DNA of 63,287 nucleotides, the filler included, from Reticulomyxa filosa (taxonomy: Eukaryota; Protista; Foraminifera): the NCBI GenBank assembly GCA_000512085.1. It is 23 parts of 23 records of this genome, joined end to end, with 100 filler letters (N's around TTAATTAATTAA, not from the genome) between each part and the next. Parts side by side here need not be neighbours in the genome. Positions count along the whole stretch, not along the records: positions 1 to 2,609 come from ASPP01034076.1; positions 2,710 to 3,923 come from ASPP01027464.1; positions 4,024 to 5,324 come from ASPP01018826.1; positions 5,425 to 6,871 come from ASPP01001650.1; positions 6,972 to 10,115 come from ASPP01010813.1; positions 10,216 to 16,225 come from ASPP01025363.1; 17 more parts are not named here. One strand, given 5' to 3'. The translations under genes and the position numbers were made by a program. The notes beneath the pieces are model-generated. The model saw only the letters and a program-made list of their open reading frames with translations, ran no database searches and was not told the origin of the DNA. Below, in pieces: positions 1 to 12,612 of the stretch. Within the stretch, counting starts at the first letter, position 1. The number at the start of each line of letters is the position of its first letter.

Positions 1-2331
1 GAAAATGAAAAAGAGACATTTTCCAGCTCTGGCTGTTATAACAAAGATTGGATTTTGTTAATCAACGACCAACAGAAATTGAACCATTTAATCTGCTGCA
101 TTTGCAAACAAGTTGCAAATAACGCAGTGGAATTGCAATGAAATGAGCATGAAAATGCAGACCAAATGTATTTGGTCGGAGAAGAGTGTTTGCAAATGTA
201 CTTGAAGCAAAGCAATGGCAAATGCCCAATTCAACAACACAATCATTGTGAATTTGTGAAGAATAAATCTTTGAGACAACAAGTTTCAGATTTATTGGTA
301 ACATGTCCTCGACAATACGATTTGAAAAAGAAAGAACACGAAAATGAATGCAATTATAAAGAAAAAATAAGTGAAATGAAAGATCATTTGGACAATTCAT
401 GTCAACTGATATCAATTCGACAAATTATTTCATTAGTCAAAGAGCTACAATCGCAAACAGTTTTATCATTATTTTTGAGTTTTTCAATAATTGCGATAAA
501 TGAATAAACAAAGAAATTTTTTTTTTTAAAAAAAAAAAGGAAAAACTAAGAAAAATGAACTTAAAAAGTAATGCAGAAATTGAAAAGCTGAAAGAAATTG
601 ATAACGAAAAAAGCAAAGAAATTCAACAACTCAATGTAAGGATTTTCTATTTTTTAAAAAATATATTTGCTATTGCTTGAATTGAAAATACAAACATATA
701 ATTAATTGTAATAAAAAATACAGGATGAGATTAAACGATTGAAATCAGAAAAAGAATTAAATGAAAAAAAACAAAATGAAGAAATTTCAAAAATAAATAA
801 TGAAAATTTAATCTTAAAACAACAATTGGTATCATTTGTTCTTTATTTCCATTTCACATAAACATATCATTTATGACATATATCAGATTGATATTCAATC
901 TAAAAATCAAATTAACGAAGACAAAAAAGAAAAAGATTACAATAATCAATTATCACAATCCAAATACAGACAATCATATAAATTAGTAAGTTTTATTCCA
1001 AATTTTTAAAAAGTTGATTTTCTTTATGTTTTTATTGCATTTATTGTATGTGACTTCTAATTGAACTAACCAAAGGAAAACGGAATCCAAATTATTATCG
1101 ATCATTGGATTCGAATATTAAACATTAAATTTGGATGGATAAATGATTTCGATAAACTAGTTGCCAATTATGTTACGATTTTTTTTATTTTTGTCTTTCA
1201 TTTAATTGTAATAAAAATACACAAATATAAATTTGTTATTTTTTATTATCGTTGTTAACACAGGCAAATACTTTCTTTATGTCTGATATATTTCGTTCAT
1301 CATCCAAATTGATCAATACATTCACTGGACATATTAGGTGTGTGAATAGTATTGATTATTCAACATTTGATGATTGTCAATTCATTTGTTCTGCATCAGA
1401 TGACAACACAGTTTGTGTATGGGATGTTGATAACAAAAAACAAGTTCAATCATTCGATGGACATTCAGATTCTGTATTTTGTGTGAAATTTTCATCATAT
1501 CATTATCATAATCATCATCAAAATGTCATTTGTTCTTCATCATATGACAATATTATTCGTTTTTGGGATTTCGAACATAATAAGCAATTACAAATATTCA
1601 ATGGACACACTAAATGTGTTAATGGTATTGAATTTTCACCATTTAATGGTGGTAGATATTTGTGTTCTGGATCTGATGACAAAACAATTCGTTTATGGGA
1701 TGTTGAAACATCAACATCATTACATGTTTTCGATGGAAATGAATATGGTATCTTTTGTGTTGATATTTCACCATTACAAAGCAATAATAACAATGATAAT
1801 AATTATATTGGTGTGATTGGTGGAAATGGATATACAATTTGTTCTGGATCATTGGATAATACCATTCGAATATGGGATATTGAAACAACAAAACAATTCA
1901 ATGTATTCAAAGAACATACAAATTATGTAATAGTGTAAAATATGGATCAAATGAATTATTAAATACAATATTATCTGGATCAAATGATTTTAGTGTTCGT
2001 TTGTGGGATATTCGATCTGGTCAACAAATTCAAGTTTTCAATGGACATACAAGTTATGTATGGTCTGTTAAATATTCACCATTTGTAATAAAGAATAGTA
2101 TTGGTAATTCAAATGTAATATGTTCTGGATCATGGGATAATACAATTCGTTTTTGGGATATTCGATCAAATAAGAATCAATTATATATGATCAAAGGATA
2201 TGAGAACGAAGATGATGGAATAACTTGTCTTAAATTTATTGAATTGAAAAGAAAAAGATATAAAGAATATCGCACATGATTTGAATTTGTGTTATGGTTC
2301 ATTCAATGGTCCCATTCGTATTTGGGGATAA
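1..2331 (+). pseudogene. RING/TRAF-type zinc finger + coiled coil + WD40 protein, multi-exon, 5'-partial, disrupted
   Basis: Frame 1 reads LICCICKQVANNAVELQ*NEH..ECL..KCP, then CPRQ..CNYKEK..DHLDNSC (TRAF-like). GH..WD repeats 1270-2331 end GPIRIWG*. In-frame TGA at 139-141 and apparent frameshifts near 1930 and 2250. Confidence 0.8.
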
Positions 2332-2609
2332 TTTGCTGTTTTATGAAATAAGAAATGAAAATGCTTTTTTGTTTGAAAAGTTTGATTAAAGAAAAATAAA
2401 GTGATATTAAACTTGTTTGATTTGATTGAATGCAAGCACTGAATGATGTGTTTTATTTTGCTTTGTTGTTTCAATAAATTGAAACGATTCGTTCAATGTT
2501 TTTGAAGGAATTGAAAAGCATATAAAAAAAAGGAAAGGTTTCTCAGTTTGAAAAGCAGACAGTAAAGTAAAGATAGTTCTTTCGATCAATAAATGTAATT
2601 TGAAATGAA

Positions 2610-2709
2610 NNNNNNNNNNNNNNNNNNNNNNNNNNNNNNNNNNNNNNNNNNNNTTAATTAATTAANNNNNNNNNNNNNNNNNNNNNNNNNNNNNNNNNNN
2701 NNNNNNNNN
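2610..2709. other. Artificial contig-joining spacer (first of 22)
   Basis: N44-TTAATTAATTAA-N44. Others start at 3924, 5325, 6872, 10116, 16226, 23575, 25215, 29717, 30817, 32194, 35282, 39179, 43156, 47280, 49494, 50597, 53516, 56346, 58704, 60099, 61250. Confidence 0.98.
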
Positions 2710-2714
2710 TTGGG

Positions 2715-3240
2715 TCACACGTGTTCAACTCCACTCCAATAAGGATCACTCGAGTCATTACCAGTCTCCGTACCAATATATTTGACAACGTCATTGCTTC
2801 CTTCTGCCAACAGGATGTAATCTCCGACGTTCAAGTGGATGTCGCGCTTGATGATATTGGCCTGCAGCACAATGTTGAATGGCTCGTTAATGATCGAACC
2901 CAAGTTTTCAATGAGATGCTTTGGAGACGCGAAAAAAGATCGACTTGAATGCGTCATAAAGTAAGAAATACACTTGGCTGTGCCGTCCGTGGCATTGGCC
3001 GAAAAGCCATCCAATAAGAGTCCGACCATGTCCATTTGGCAAACTCAGTTGTGAAATATTTTTGCCATCTACATTCCCTCACCTCCATTGGGCAATCATC
3101 TTACAATCAAATCCAATAATTCCACTGTCGCTGCGACTGCCAAACACAATGATCATCACTTTGTCAATGTCGTTCTTGTCGATAACGACATCAACTTTCC
3201 CTTTGAACATTGCGCTCGTGCGCATCTCTTATAAGTGCTG
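2715..3240 (-). pseudogene. Degenerate multi-CAP-Gly protein fragments
   Basis: Frameshifted PNGGEG(N)VDGK(K)YF, MVGLLLDGFSANATDG..YF and LNVGDYILL..VVKYIG..YWSGVE resemble successive CAP-Gly pieces; stops and frameshifts present. Confidence 0.6.
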
Positions 3241-3246
3241 GGATAA

Positions 3247-3503
3247 TCTCCCCATTTTTTTCTTTTTCATTTTTATACTTTTTTTCTCTTTTTAATCTTT
3301 TTTTTTCTTTTTAGTTCTTTTTTTTTCTTTTTTATCTTTTTTTTCATTTTTAATTCTTTTTTTTTTTCTTTTTCCAACAATTTTTTGATTCTTTTTTTTA
3401 TTTTTTCATTCTTATTTCTTTTTCACTTTTTCTTAAAAAAAATTTTCCCACTCATCCTTTTTTTCCCTCTATTTCTTTTCCCCCAATTTTCCCTTTCACT
3501 CTC
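3247..3503 (+). repeat. Nearly G-free pyrimidine tract (copy 1)
   Basis: T/C-rich low-complexity run with about two G on + strand, C-run-rich at its right end. Confidence 0.85.
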
Positions 3504-3923
3504 AAATAAAAATAAAAAATAAAAATACATAAAAACTTTCCAATATTGCTTTGGTCTGGACTACTATTTGCAAATTCACAAAGTAAAATTTTTTTATTTT
3601 AAAAAAAACAAACAAACATACTTTGATTTGGAGCTCGAAGCTCTATTCCATTTTCTATCATTTTTTTTTTCTTTTGCACAAAGAGGGGGGGGACAAACAT
3701 TTTTTTTTTGATTGGGGCATGCCTATTCATAAACAAACGTATACTTTTTATAAAAAAAAATAAAAAAATAAAAAAAAATAAACCTTTTAATTTTTGTTTT
3801 GACACGAGGTTGGCTTCGACCCCGAAGTTTTTCTTTATAGGGAGGGTACGTATACTTTCTTTTTTTTTTTTTTGGAATATAGGGCTGCGGCTGTTGTTGC
3901 AAAACACATAAATTAATTATGTC
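3501..3923. repeat. Conserved hairpin-containing non-coding element, copy 1 (truncated by contig end)
   Basis: Collinear with 34446-34878: AAACATACTTT, GAGC-N5-GCTC, GGGGCATGCCTATTCA, GGCTTC(G/A)ACCCCGAA, CGTATAC, TGCGGCTGTT, ATTATGTC. Confidence 0.85.
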
Positions 3924-4023
3924 NNNNNNNNNNNNNNNNNNNNNNNNNNNNNNNNNNNNNNNNNNNNTTAATTAATTAANNNNNNNNNNNNNNNNNNNNN
4001 NNNNNNNNNNNNNNNNNNNNNNN

Positions 4024-4494
4024 TTGAAACAACCAAAGAATTGACTATTTTCAAAGGACATGAAGATGCTTTGAGGAGCGTAAAATATTCACCATATGAA
4101 ACAAATACAATGTGTTCTGGATCATTTGATAAAAGTATTCGTTTGTGGGATATTCGATCAAACATACAAATTAATATATTTAAGGGACATACAAATTCTG
4201 TAATGATTGTAGAATATTTACCATTTGTGAACAATAACAATAATAATGGAGATGGACCATCAATTATTAATTCGAATATAATATGTTCTGCATCACAATT
4301 CGTTTTTGGGACATTCGAAAAATAAACAATTGCATGTGATCAAAGGAAATGAACATGAAGATGGTGGAATATGTTCTCTTACATTTTCATCATTGAAAAA
4401 TAAAGAAAATGCAAGCAAAAAAACTGACGACAGTGTTTGCAATGTCAATTTGTGTTATGGTTCAAGAAAAGGTCCCATTCATATTTGGGGATAA
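4024..4494 (+). pseudogene. WD40 protein C-terminal fragment with frameshift/deletion
   Basis: FKGHEDALRSVKYSP..SGSFDKSIRLWD; last repeats shift frame near 4295; ends GPIHIWG* like the contig 1 family. Confidence 0.75.
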
Positions 4495-5462
4495 TACAAA
4501 AAACAGATATCTTGAAAAAAGTAAAACCTTTTTTTTTTATTTAATTGAATTAAATATTACTCAATTTCATTTCTTACGCTCGCTCTGATGGCTATAAAAA
4601 GTTGTTTAAATAAACAAAAAAACCAGCCAATGATGCATTGCATAACGTTATTTGCTGCGCATAAGATGTTATGTTAGTTGAATTAGTATTTCATGTGATT
4701 TGAAGAATGAGCATTTGATATAAAAGTGTTTGGAAATGAATCATATACAATTAAATTTTTATATTAAATAGAAAATTGCACGAGTGTGCAAATTATAAAT
4801 TTGAAATTGTCGTGAAAAATGTACGTTTCTTCTGTTAATCGCTTGATTGCTTTCGTTTCTTTACCGATATTACTCATACAATTTCAACATTCGATTTGTT
4901 TTCCATTCCTTTCTCAGTACAGATGGTGACAAAAAATAACAAGAAATGGCCTAAGAGAAAAATAATATCATTGTTTGTAGTTAAAGAGCTCGTACCAGCC
5001 GTTTCTGACATGGAGAATTATCTTTGTCTTGTTGGAAGTGGAGGGAACGGAAAAAAATGTTTATTGAATTGTTTTATCAAACGTCAAAATGAATTACATC
5101 TTTTAAAATTGGACAGTTTAAAAAAAACTTTAATTATCTTTTTTAATGTTAATGATATTTTTGATAAACTTGTTTGAAAACAAAAAATTGTCATGAACAA
5201 TAAAAATATCAGATGTTTTCTTTTTATTATGTTGTCCGATGGAAGTTAGGAATTCGTCATAATAATCGTCAAACAATGTTTTAGTTTTTTTAATAGATGC
5301 TTTTTTTTGAATTGGCTCGAAGTCNNNNNNNNNNNNNNNNNNNNNNNNNNNNNNNNNNNNNNNNNNNNTTAATTAATTAANNNNNNNNNNNNNNNNNNNN
5401 NNNNNNNNNNNNNNNNNNNNNNNNAAAAAAAAAAAAAAAAAAACTCTGTTTTTTGTACAAAG

Positions 5463-6266
5463 GCACCAGGATTTGGTGACAACCGAAAAAACAATTTGCA
5501 AGATATGGCAATTTTGACCGGAGGACAAGTAATAAATGAGGAATTGGGACACAAATTGGAAGAGGTGGAATTTAGTCACTTGGGTCGATGCCGCAAAATC
5601 ACAATAACAAAAGATGATACAATCATTTTGAACGGATTGGGAAAACGTGAACATCTCGATGAACGAATTGCGCAAATCCGTGCTCAAGTGGAACAAACGG
5701 ACAGCACGTACGAAAAAGAAAAGTTACAAGAGCGATTAGGAAAATTGAGCGGAGGAGTTGCTGTCATTCGAGTGGGCGGCAGCAGTGAAGTGGAAGTCAA
5801 TGAAAAAAAAGATCGCATGAATGATGCTTTAAATGCAACCAAAGCTGCCATTGAACAAGGAGTGATTGCAGGAGGAGGAATTGCACTATTGTATAGCACC
5901 AAAATTCTCGATGATGTCGAAGTTGACAATGAGGATCAAAAAGTCGGAGTTGACATTGTTCGAAGGGCAATTCAATTGCCTTCCGTTGCTATTATTCGCA
6001 ATAGTGGAAGAGAAGGATCTGTTTACGCTGGAAAAATGTTAGAAAACGCAAAAGCAGACTCCAGATATGGATATGACTGTGCTACTGATCAATGGTGCGA
6101 TTTGCATGAATTGGGAGTTATTGATCCTGTCAAAGTTGTTCGCACTGCTTTGCAAGACGCTGCTAGTGTGGCTAGCTTGATGACAACAACTGAAGCTGTT
6201 ATCACTGAATTACCTAAAAAGGAAACTCCAAAAGTCGACATGGGGGGACCTGGAGGTGGTTTTTAA
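5463..6266 (+). CDS. HSP60: Chaperonin Hsp60/Cpn60 (probably mitochondrial), last exon
   Basis: After AG acceptor: APGFGDNRK, EKEKLQERLGKLSGGVAVIRVGG, GVIAGGG, GVIDPVKVVRTAL, TTEAVI, Gly-rich tail. Confidence 0.97.
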   Translation, partial: APGFGDNRKNNLQDMAILTGGQVINEELGHKLEEVEFSHLGRCRKITITKDDTIILNGLGKREHLDERIAQIRAQVEQTDSTYEKEKLQERLGKLSGGVAVIRVGGSSEVEVNEKKDRMNDALNATKAAIEQGVIAGGGIALLYSTKILDDVEVDNEDQKVGVDIVRRAIQLPSVAIIRNSGREGSVYAGKMLENAKADSRYGYDCATDQWCDLHELGVIDPVKVVRTALQDAASVASLMTTTEAVITELPKKETPKVDMGGPGGGF

Positions 6267-7093
6267 AGAAATCAAAAAACAAAAGGAGATAGTGTAAAAG
6301 TATAAAGCTAGCTGCAACTACGTTGTTTGTGTGTGTTATTCGATCTCCAATAATATTACAAAATTTGATCTACGATTTATAGTTGCCTTTGCAAGGAGCA
6401 AAAAAAAATTTGAAAACTAAACAAAGACTTATGATGTACTATCATACTCAAAAGATCAAAATTTAGTTAATGCTTATTATCATCCATACTAGTCTCATTG
6501 TAAAATATGCTATGCAAGTATTCAAGCATGCTAGATGAAATCCATAAAGAATATTGAGAGATAATTATGAATATTTTGCAATATTGTTAGACAAAAATAA
6601 TTAGTTGTCCAACATAAATTTATACAAAAAAATAAATTATTTTAAAATTTGAAACAATATTCAAAACAATAACACTAAATTACGGCATGCAACTGTCAAA
6701 TCAGTTCTAAGAATAGTTCAATCGTGAAAGATTATTGAATTAGTTTATGCGCTCCATAAGCAGCAAACAAAATGCGGAAAGTTTTTACGTTCACATAAAC
6801 AATAAATAAAAGGTCAACAAGCACATAAGTGTAGGAATAGTGAGACGACTAAGTGTAATACGAAAGGAACTNNNNNNNNNNNNNNNNNNNNNNNNNNNNN
6901 NNNNNNNNNNNNNNNTTAATTAATTAANNNNNNNNNNNNNNNNNNNNNNNNNNNNNNNNNNNNNNNNNNNNAGAGAGAGAGAGGAGGGGTATTTGCAAAT
7001 ATATACATATACATATATATAATATATACTACGTATATATTATATATATGTATATGTATATATTTGCAAATACCTCCTCCCCCCTCTCTCCTT

Positions 7094-10050
7094 TCATTGC
7101 ACTTTACACAACGAAACTTCGTTGTGATGAGCTTCTTGACTCGACACCACAACAACACATCGGAAGTTCTTGGCAATTCGACAACGGACAGACTCTCCGC
7201 CGAGACATATTCGACAATACTTTTGTCCATCGACGGCTTGATACCTTTGGTTGAGGACATCGTAGAGCGATTCATACAGCTTTTCCAATTTCAAAAGTAT
7301 ACACAATCGGCCGGTGCTCATGATGTTGCGCACTTTTTCAATCGTCCGGTACAAGTACAGACTGGAGTCTGCGTCACCTGCAAACCTGCTCCCAAAAATG
7401 ACTTCAGTGAAGTCCAACGAGGCAATGCCGCTATCAAAGAGTATTTTCCACATAAACGGGGACTCTGTGATCAACATAATGTTTCGCATTTCAAAGGTCG
7501 GAGGACGCTCTTCGCTTCTCGTCTGTTGGATGTTGTCTCGGATCAAATGCAATGGCGAAAAGCGCTTCCAAATTTCTGTCAAATCCAATTTTTCCGAATT
7601 TTCGAGCAAATAATTGGAAATTTTGGGAAACAAGAACGACTCGGTTTGCGCTTTTGTCAGGCCTCCAAAGTTTCGCATCACTGCCTCAATTACCAACTCT
7701 TTGTTGAAAACCTTTCGCGTGTCCAGACAAAATTTCAAATAGCTGGACAAGGCATAAAAGTCTCGATATCCAAAAAAATCGAATTTGAAAGGAGAATCGG
7801 TGTGGTCCGTCATTACTGCGTCGTAAAATGCCGCTATCTTTGGAATTTTGCCGGACAATTCGGGATGGATTTCTTTGTTTTCGGAAGGAGATATTATTTT
7901 TGTGGCTGTCTGTTCCAACTGTTCTTTGTTGGGTTGTACCACTTGATGTAATCCAATCGGTTCATTTTCGAAGCATCTAATCTCCAATTGCTAGCCAAAA
8001 AAAAAAATATAATAATGTTTTTAACACTTTTCTCTTGTCAAAAAAAAAAAAAAAAAAAAGCAATACCTAAGTCCAATGAATGCAATCTCCCTCTTTTCGT
8101 CTTCTAACAATTGATGCAGCACTTTCAATGGTCGGAACTTGGATTGCTCTGCTAAACCGACTTCGTCCAGTGCCAAGACGACGTTCTTTGGCGAAGGTGC
8201 AACGGATTCGCGCCGATTTGGAGCACGGGCAACTTCATTGGGGAGTCTGTTGATTAATTTGTGCGTACAAACCAGTACAATCATATACACATTACATAGA
8301 AATAAATAAATAAGTATACATACATATACATATATGTATGTATGTATATACAAACTGGTTCAATCTTTCAAGGAAACTAACAGCAAAATTCCATCTTCTT
8401 TGAATCAACTCTGCGGTTGTCAACTTGGAACATTGAAAAGACACGACAAAGAAATCAGCGAATCTCATTTGCGTCAATTTTTTGTTTTTGCTCGCAGAGC
8501 TCAGATTGGCTTGCACGGTTGCCATTGCCAATGTCTTGGAAGAGCCTGGCCGTCCTACCACAATCGTAGGGGTTTTTGTCGCCAGCGCCACAAGAATGAC
8601 AAATAAGTTCTCACGAAACGCTGGATTCAATGCGATGCCGGAGGGAATTTCCAAATTGCTAATGTATCTGTCTTGCTCCTGTTCAATTACTCTTTCGATG
8701 CGAATTTCGCGCTGCAGCTTTTCATAAATGATATCTTGAATGGTTTTGGCGTACATGGATCGTTGATAGCTGTCCAAGCGATAATAATAACATTGAACCA
8801 AAGCCAAGACAATCGAGTCAAGCAACCCTCTCTTGGTGGTTTCACGGGTGCTGCAGAACCATTTGAACAATGAATTTACTCGTTGTACGTCACGGAGCGA
8901 GCATACGCTGCAATCGTTTAACGTGTTTCTATTGTAATAGAAAAGGGACCAGATTCATTTTTTTTTTTTGTCTGTTTGTAAAAAAAAATGACAATAAATA
9001 ATAATTCAAACCTTAAAAATGTTTGAGACCGACAAACACATTCAATGAAGCCATATTTCATCTGTTCAAACTGTTGATTGGGATCCTCTTTGGAATCTGT
9101 GTCATTTTTGTTCTCTTGGATCATCTTCAGGCTTTTTTTGAAACCTTCGGACCTGTTTATATTTGTTTGTTTATTTGTTCATTCCAAATCGGCAACGGCA
9201 ATTGGATGAAATGATTAAATACATAAATAAATAAAACATCTGTACCATGCATTGGTGGTAATCAACGCAATATATTGGTGTTCGTCCGCCTCCGACAATG
9301 AACCAAAGTTCCACACATACGTTTGCAACGACCTTGGCAACGGAAACACTCGATACACCAATTCGTCCATTTCCTTATCCAAGTCATCCAAATAGTATTT
9401 GGTCCGATTTCGATTATCTTGTTTGTCCTCATCTTTTTCTTTATCGCTTCGCTGGCGTTTGCGATAAGGATTGAGCGCTGCAATAATGACAATGTTGTCA
9501 GGAAATTGTTTCCCTTTCAAACTGTGGTCGCATACTACTTCCTTGAATGCGCCAATGTCCGGACTGGTGTTGATTTCATCCAAAAATATCAAATGTGTTT
9601 TCCCAGTATTTTTGGTTGCGTCTGCAAGTGGTTCTTCTAAGTCTTGTTGCAGCTGCTTCACGCCATAGCCCCCATGCACATCAATTGACTTCATCGTGAT
9701 TCCTAATACTATCGACATGTATTTCAGCAATTTTGTCTTGCCACAGCCCTAAAATTGATTTATTTGCACAAAGAAACAAAAATTTTGTTATACGTGTACA
9801 CGTATATCTTTATTTATATATATATATATATAAATATATTGTTGCAAGTGTCGTGTGATCATGTCTTAAACAGTTTCTCCCATAATCAGAACAGGAATCC
9901 CTGCTTTGATTCTGAAAAAGATTGCAACTATTTTCAAAATGTTGTCAAATGTCAAAGTATAGTCATTGTGTTCACTAAGGATTTTGTTAATTTGCTGCTG
10001 TTTCTTTATTTCATCAGGAGAGCTGAAAAGTATTTTTTTGTTTTGTTTGA
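7094..10050 (-). CDS. RNF213/mysterin-like AAA+ ATPase, internal multi-exon fragment
   Basis: PVLIMGET|GCGKT (Walker A split by intron 9749-9871), IFLDEINT, AALNPYR, LVYRVFPLP, second Walker A VGRPGSSKTL, SFQCS, LDEVGLAE..PLKVLH, LYESLYDVLNQRY. Confidence 0.85.
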
Positions 10051-10081
10051 CGTTACACAAACAAACAAAACAAAACAAAAA

Positions 10082-10115
<34 letters not shown>

Positions 10116-10601
10116 NNNNNNNNNNNNNNNNNNNNNNNNNNNNNNNNNNNNNNNNNNNNTTAATTAATTAANNNNNNNNNNNNNNNNNNNNNNNNNNNNN
10201 NNNNNNNNNNNNNNNAAAATGTTTTGTTGTTTTTACTTTCTGCAAAAAAAAAAAAAAAAAAAAAAAGCGATCCATTTTTTTCGTTTGGGTTTTGTGTCAA
10301 CAATTTAAAGAGATTTGCTTTTCTTTTTTTTTGTTTGTCTTTTTAAATTTCAAAATAGTCCCCCTCTACTCCTCATGCCATTGTGGGAGAAGAAAATCAC
10401 AAAACGTCTCGCTATATATTCTAGCCAAATAATTTGCTTTGCTCTGCTCAAGAGGAAATTCTATCAAACACTTTTTATGCGGTGTAAAAATTTAAACTGC
10501 TTACTTATAAAGTTTTTTTGGGTGTTGTAGATATTTTTTTTTGGAAAGGAAAGAGGGTTGTCTGAAAATAATAATTATTGCATAAAGAATCGTATAAAAA
10601 C

Positions 10602-12173
10602 ATGAAAGAATTCGAACTGACCTGTGATTTTGCAATTGGATTAGATAATTTCTTTACGTTTTGCTTTTTGAGTACTGAATTTGAGGAACAGTTTTTGACA
10701 TTTCAACTCGAAAACGTGCCGTTGGATGAGGTGTTGTCTCGGCGTCCCTCTTCACAACACGTAACAGTAACGCAATGGATATATGACGCAAATCAGCCAA
10801 TTCCAATTTCAGAGGCTGGTAAAAATAAGGCGAAAGGGGTGCATACGCGGATGAAGTTTTACAAGATCAGAGATCCAACCCAAGAGACCACCAAGACTTC
10901 AGACATGAACTCTCTGACACAAGTCACAGAGACCCAAGTATCGATATATCTTACAAAAAAAAAAAAAAAATTAAAGAGGAGGGAGGATGAACAAATGAAA
11001 TCATTTAGTACAAAAAGGAGGATTTGAAGATACATAAAAGTAAATATGTTTGTTATGATGTGAATGTTGGCACATGTGTGAATGGGGGGTGGGGGGGGGA
11101 GGGAATAGAAATATTGGATTTCAGGCGGCAGTAGTATTGGTAATAATGGTGGCAAGAATAGTAAATGCAAAACGATAAAAGACGAGTTGAAAAGTGACAC
11201 AGTGATATGTGTGCATAGCTTGGTGTTGCCGCAGTCGTCACTGACGTTGGAACCAGTGTTTCGAATCGAAGCGACTTGGACGTTGTTTGTGGAAGACAAA
11301 AAAGGGATGAAGCGAGATGGTGGCAATGGACCACCGAGCAAAGGGGGAGCAGCGTTCATAGGTAGCCATAACAAACCTGGCAGTCAAACGACAGTGAAGT
11401 TAAACATCAAAGTGGAGTGTATGAAAAAGTCTTGGGGAATGGAGTCAATTGTTGAGAAAATATTGATGGATCAAGCCAGACATATGTATCAGGGCTGGCT
11501 CAACTTTGCAACACATTGGATATTGTCTCGAACCAAGACTGGTGGGACTGAATATCATTTGCATGACAGTTTTGTATTGAAGGAAGATGAGTCTTTTGTT
11601 GTTGTGGAGAAAACCACAAATGTTAATGTTTCTTCTGGACTCAACAAGAGAACCACCACTACCGTGCTTCACTCTCAAAACACTGTTGTCACTAGTGCAA
11701 ACACAACTGTACTCCTCGGTACAAACATGGACGGCAACCAGGAACAGACTGCTGCTGGACAAACCGAAGATGTAAATTCCAATCGCAACAACACTCTTCC
11801 CGATATTCGTGTCGACACTGCTCTTATCAATTCCAGTGATATCACCACTTCCACTGTCGATACCTTGTCTTCGCTTTTGATCTCCACTACTCTTGGCAAC
11901 GATAGCAGGAGCACAAGGGGCTTGAACAAACCTAGAGTGTCCTTGTTCATGAAATGTCAACGTTGTTTAATGCGGATCTGTCCCTCTTGTGCTGTTAGTG
12001 GAAATGATTACATCTTAGCCAGGCGACAGAATGCACAGATCCATAAATTGGTAGATGGGGAATGTAAAGGGCTTGAGTGCTTACTATGTTGTGTCATTTT
12101 GTCCTCTTTCATTATGATTCTTGTCTTAACTTTCGCTAACAAGTCAAAATGGAACATGGACATGCACATTTGA
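10602..12173 (+). CDS. VASt (StART-like) lipid-transfer domain protein with C-terminal TM helix
   Basis: VTVTQW..HTRMKFY..TQVTETQ, intron, FRIEATWTL..VECMKKSWGMESIVEKILMDQA; hydrophobic LLCCVILSSFIMILVLTF at C-terminus. Confidence 0.6.
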
Positions 12174-12612
12174 TTCATCGTATCTTCAAAAAAAAAAAAA
12201 AAAAGACTGATACCATCAAATGTGGTGTTATTTGGGTATCGAAGCATTGCCTTTTGCAACTTGTTCCATCAAGTGCTGAGCTCTTCAAATGTTTTCAATA
12301 CTTTTCTTTTTATTGTACTTACCCACTTAATTAATAGCACAACTGAGTTACAATTAATCTCTATTGTTCCTTTAAAAGTTATTCAGCTTATTTCTTGAAT
12401 CAAGTAAAAGTTACAAATTTGTCATCACATCAAGTAAAGAAGCAAACGAATTTTTAAAGATGGAATTGACATGTATCCGTTTCAAATTATGTTATTATTT
12501 TTTGAGTGAAACAAAGTGAAAAAGTTTGGAGTGGCCATAGCTATATAACTCGTAATTATATTTGTCGTGCATCACACAATGAACACAAGGCTTGCTCCTT
12601 CAGACTTTTTTT

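Noticed and set aside
139-141. TGA read as Cys/Sec (alternative genetic code)
   Set aside because: The same gene has other lesions, and TGA ends other genes here (12173, 26995, 61210).
3599-3911. Short ORFs over the conserved element
   Set aside because: Frames are not preserved in the second copy; conservation is in nucleotide blocks and stems.
7064-7951. 295-aa + strand ORF and similar antisense ORFs (e.g. 16590-17108, 19073-19669)
   Set aside because: Shadow frames opposite genes with clear motifs or coding signal.
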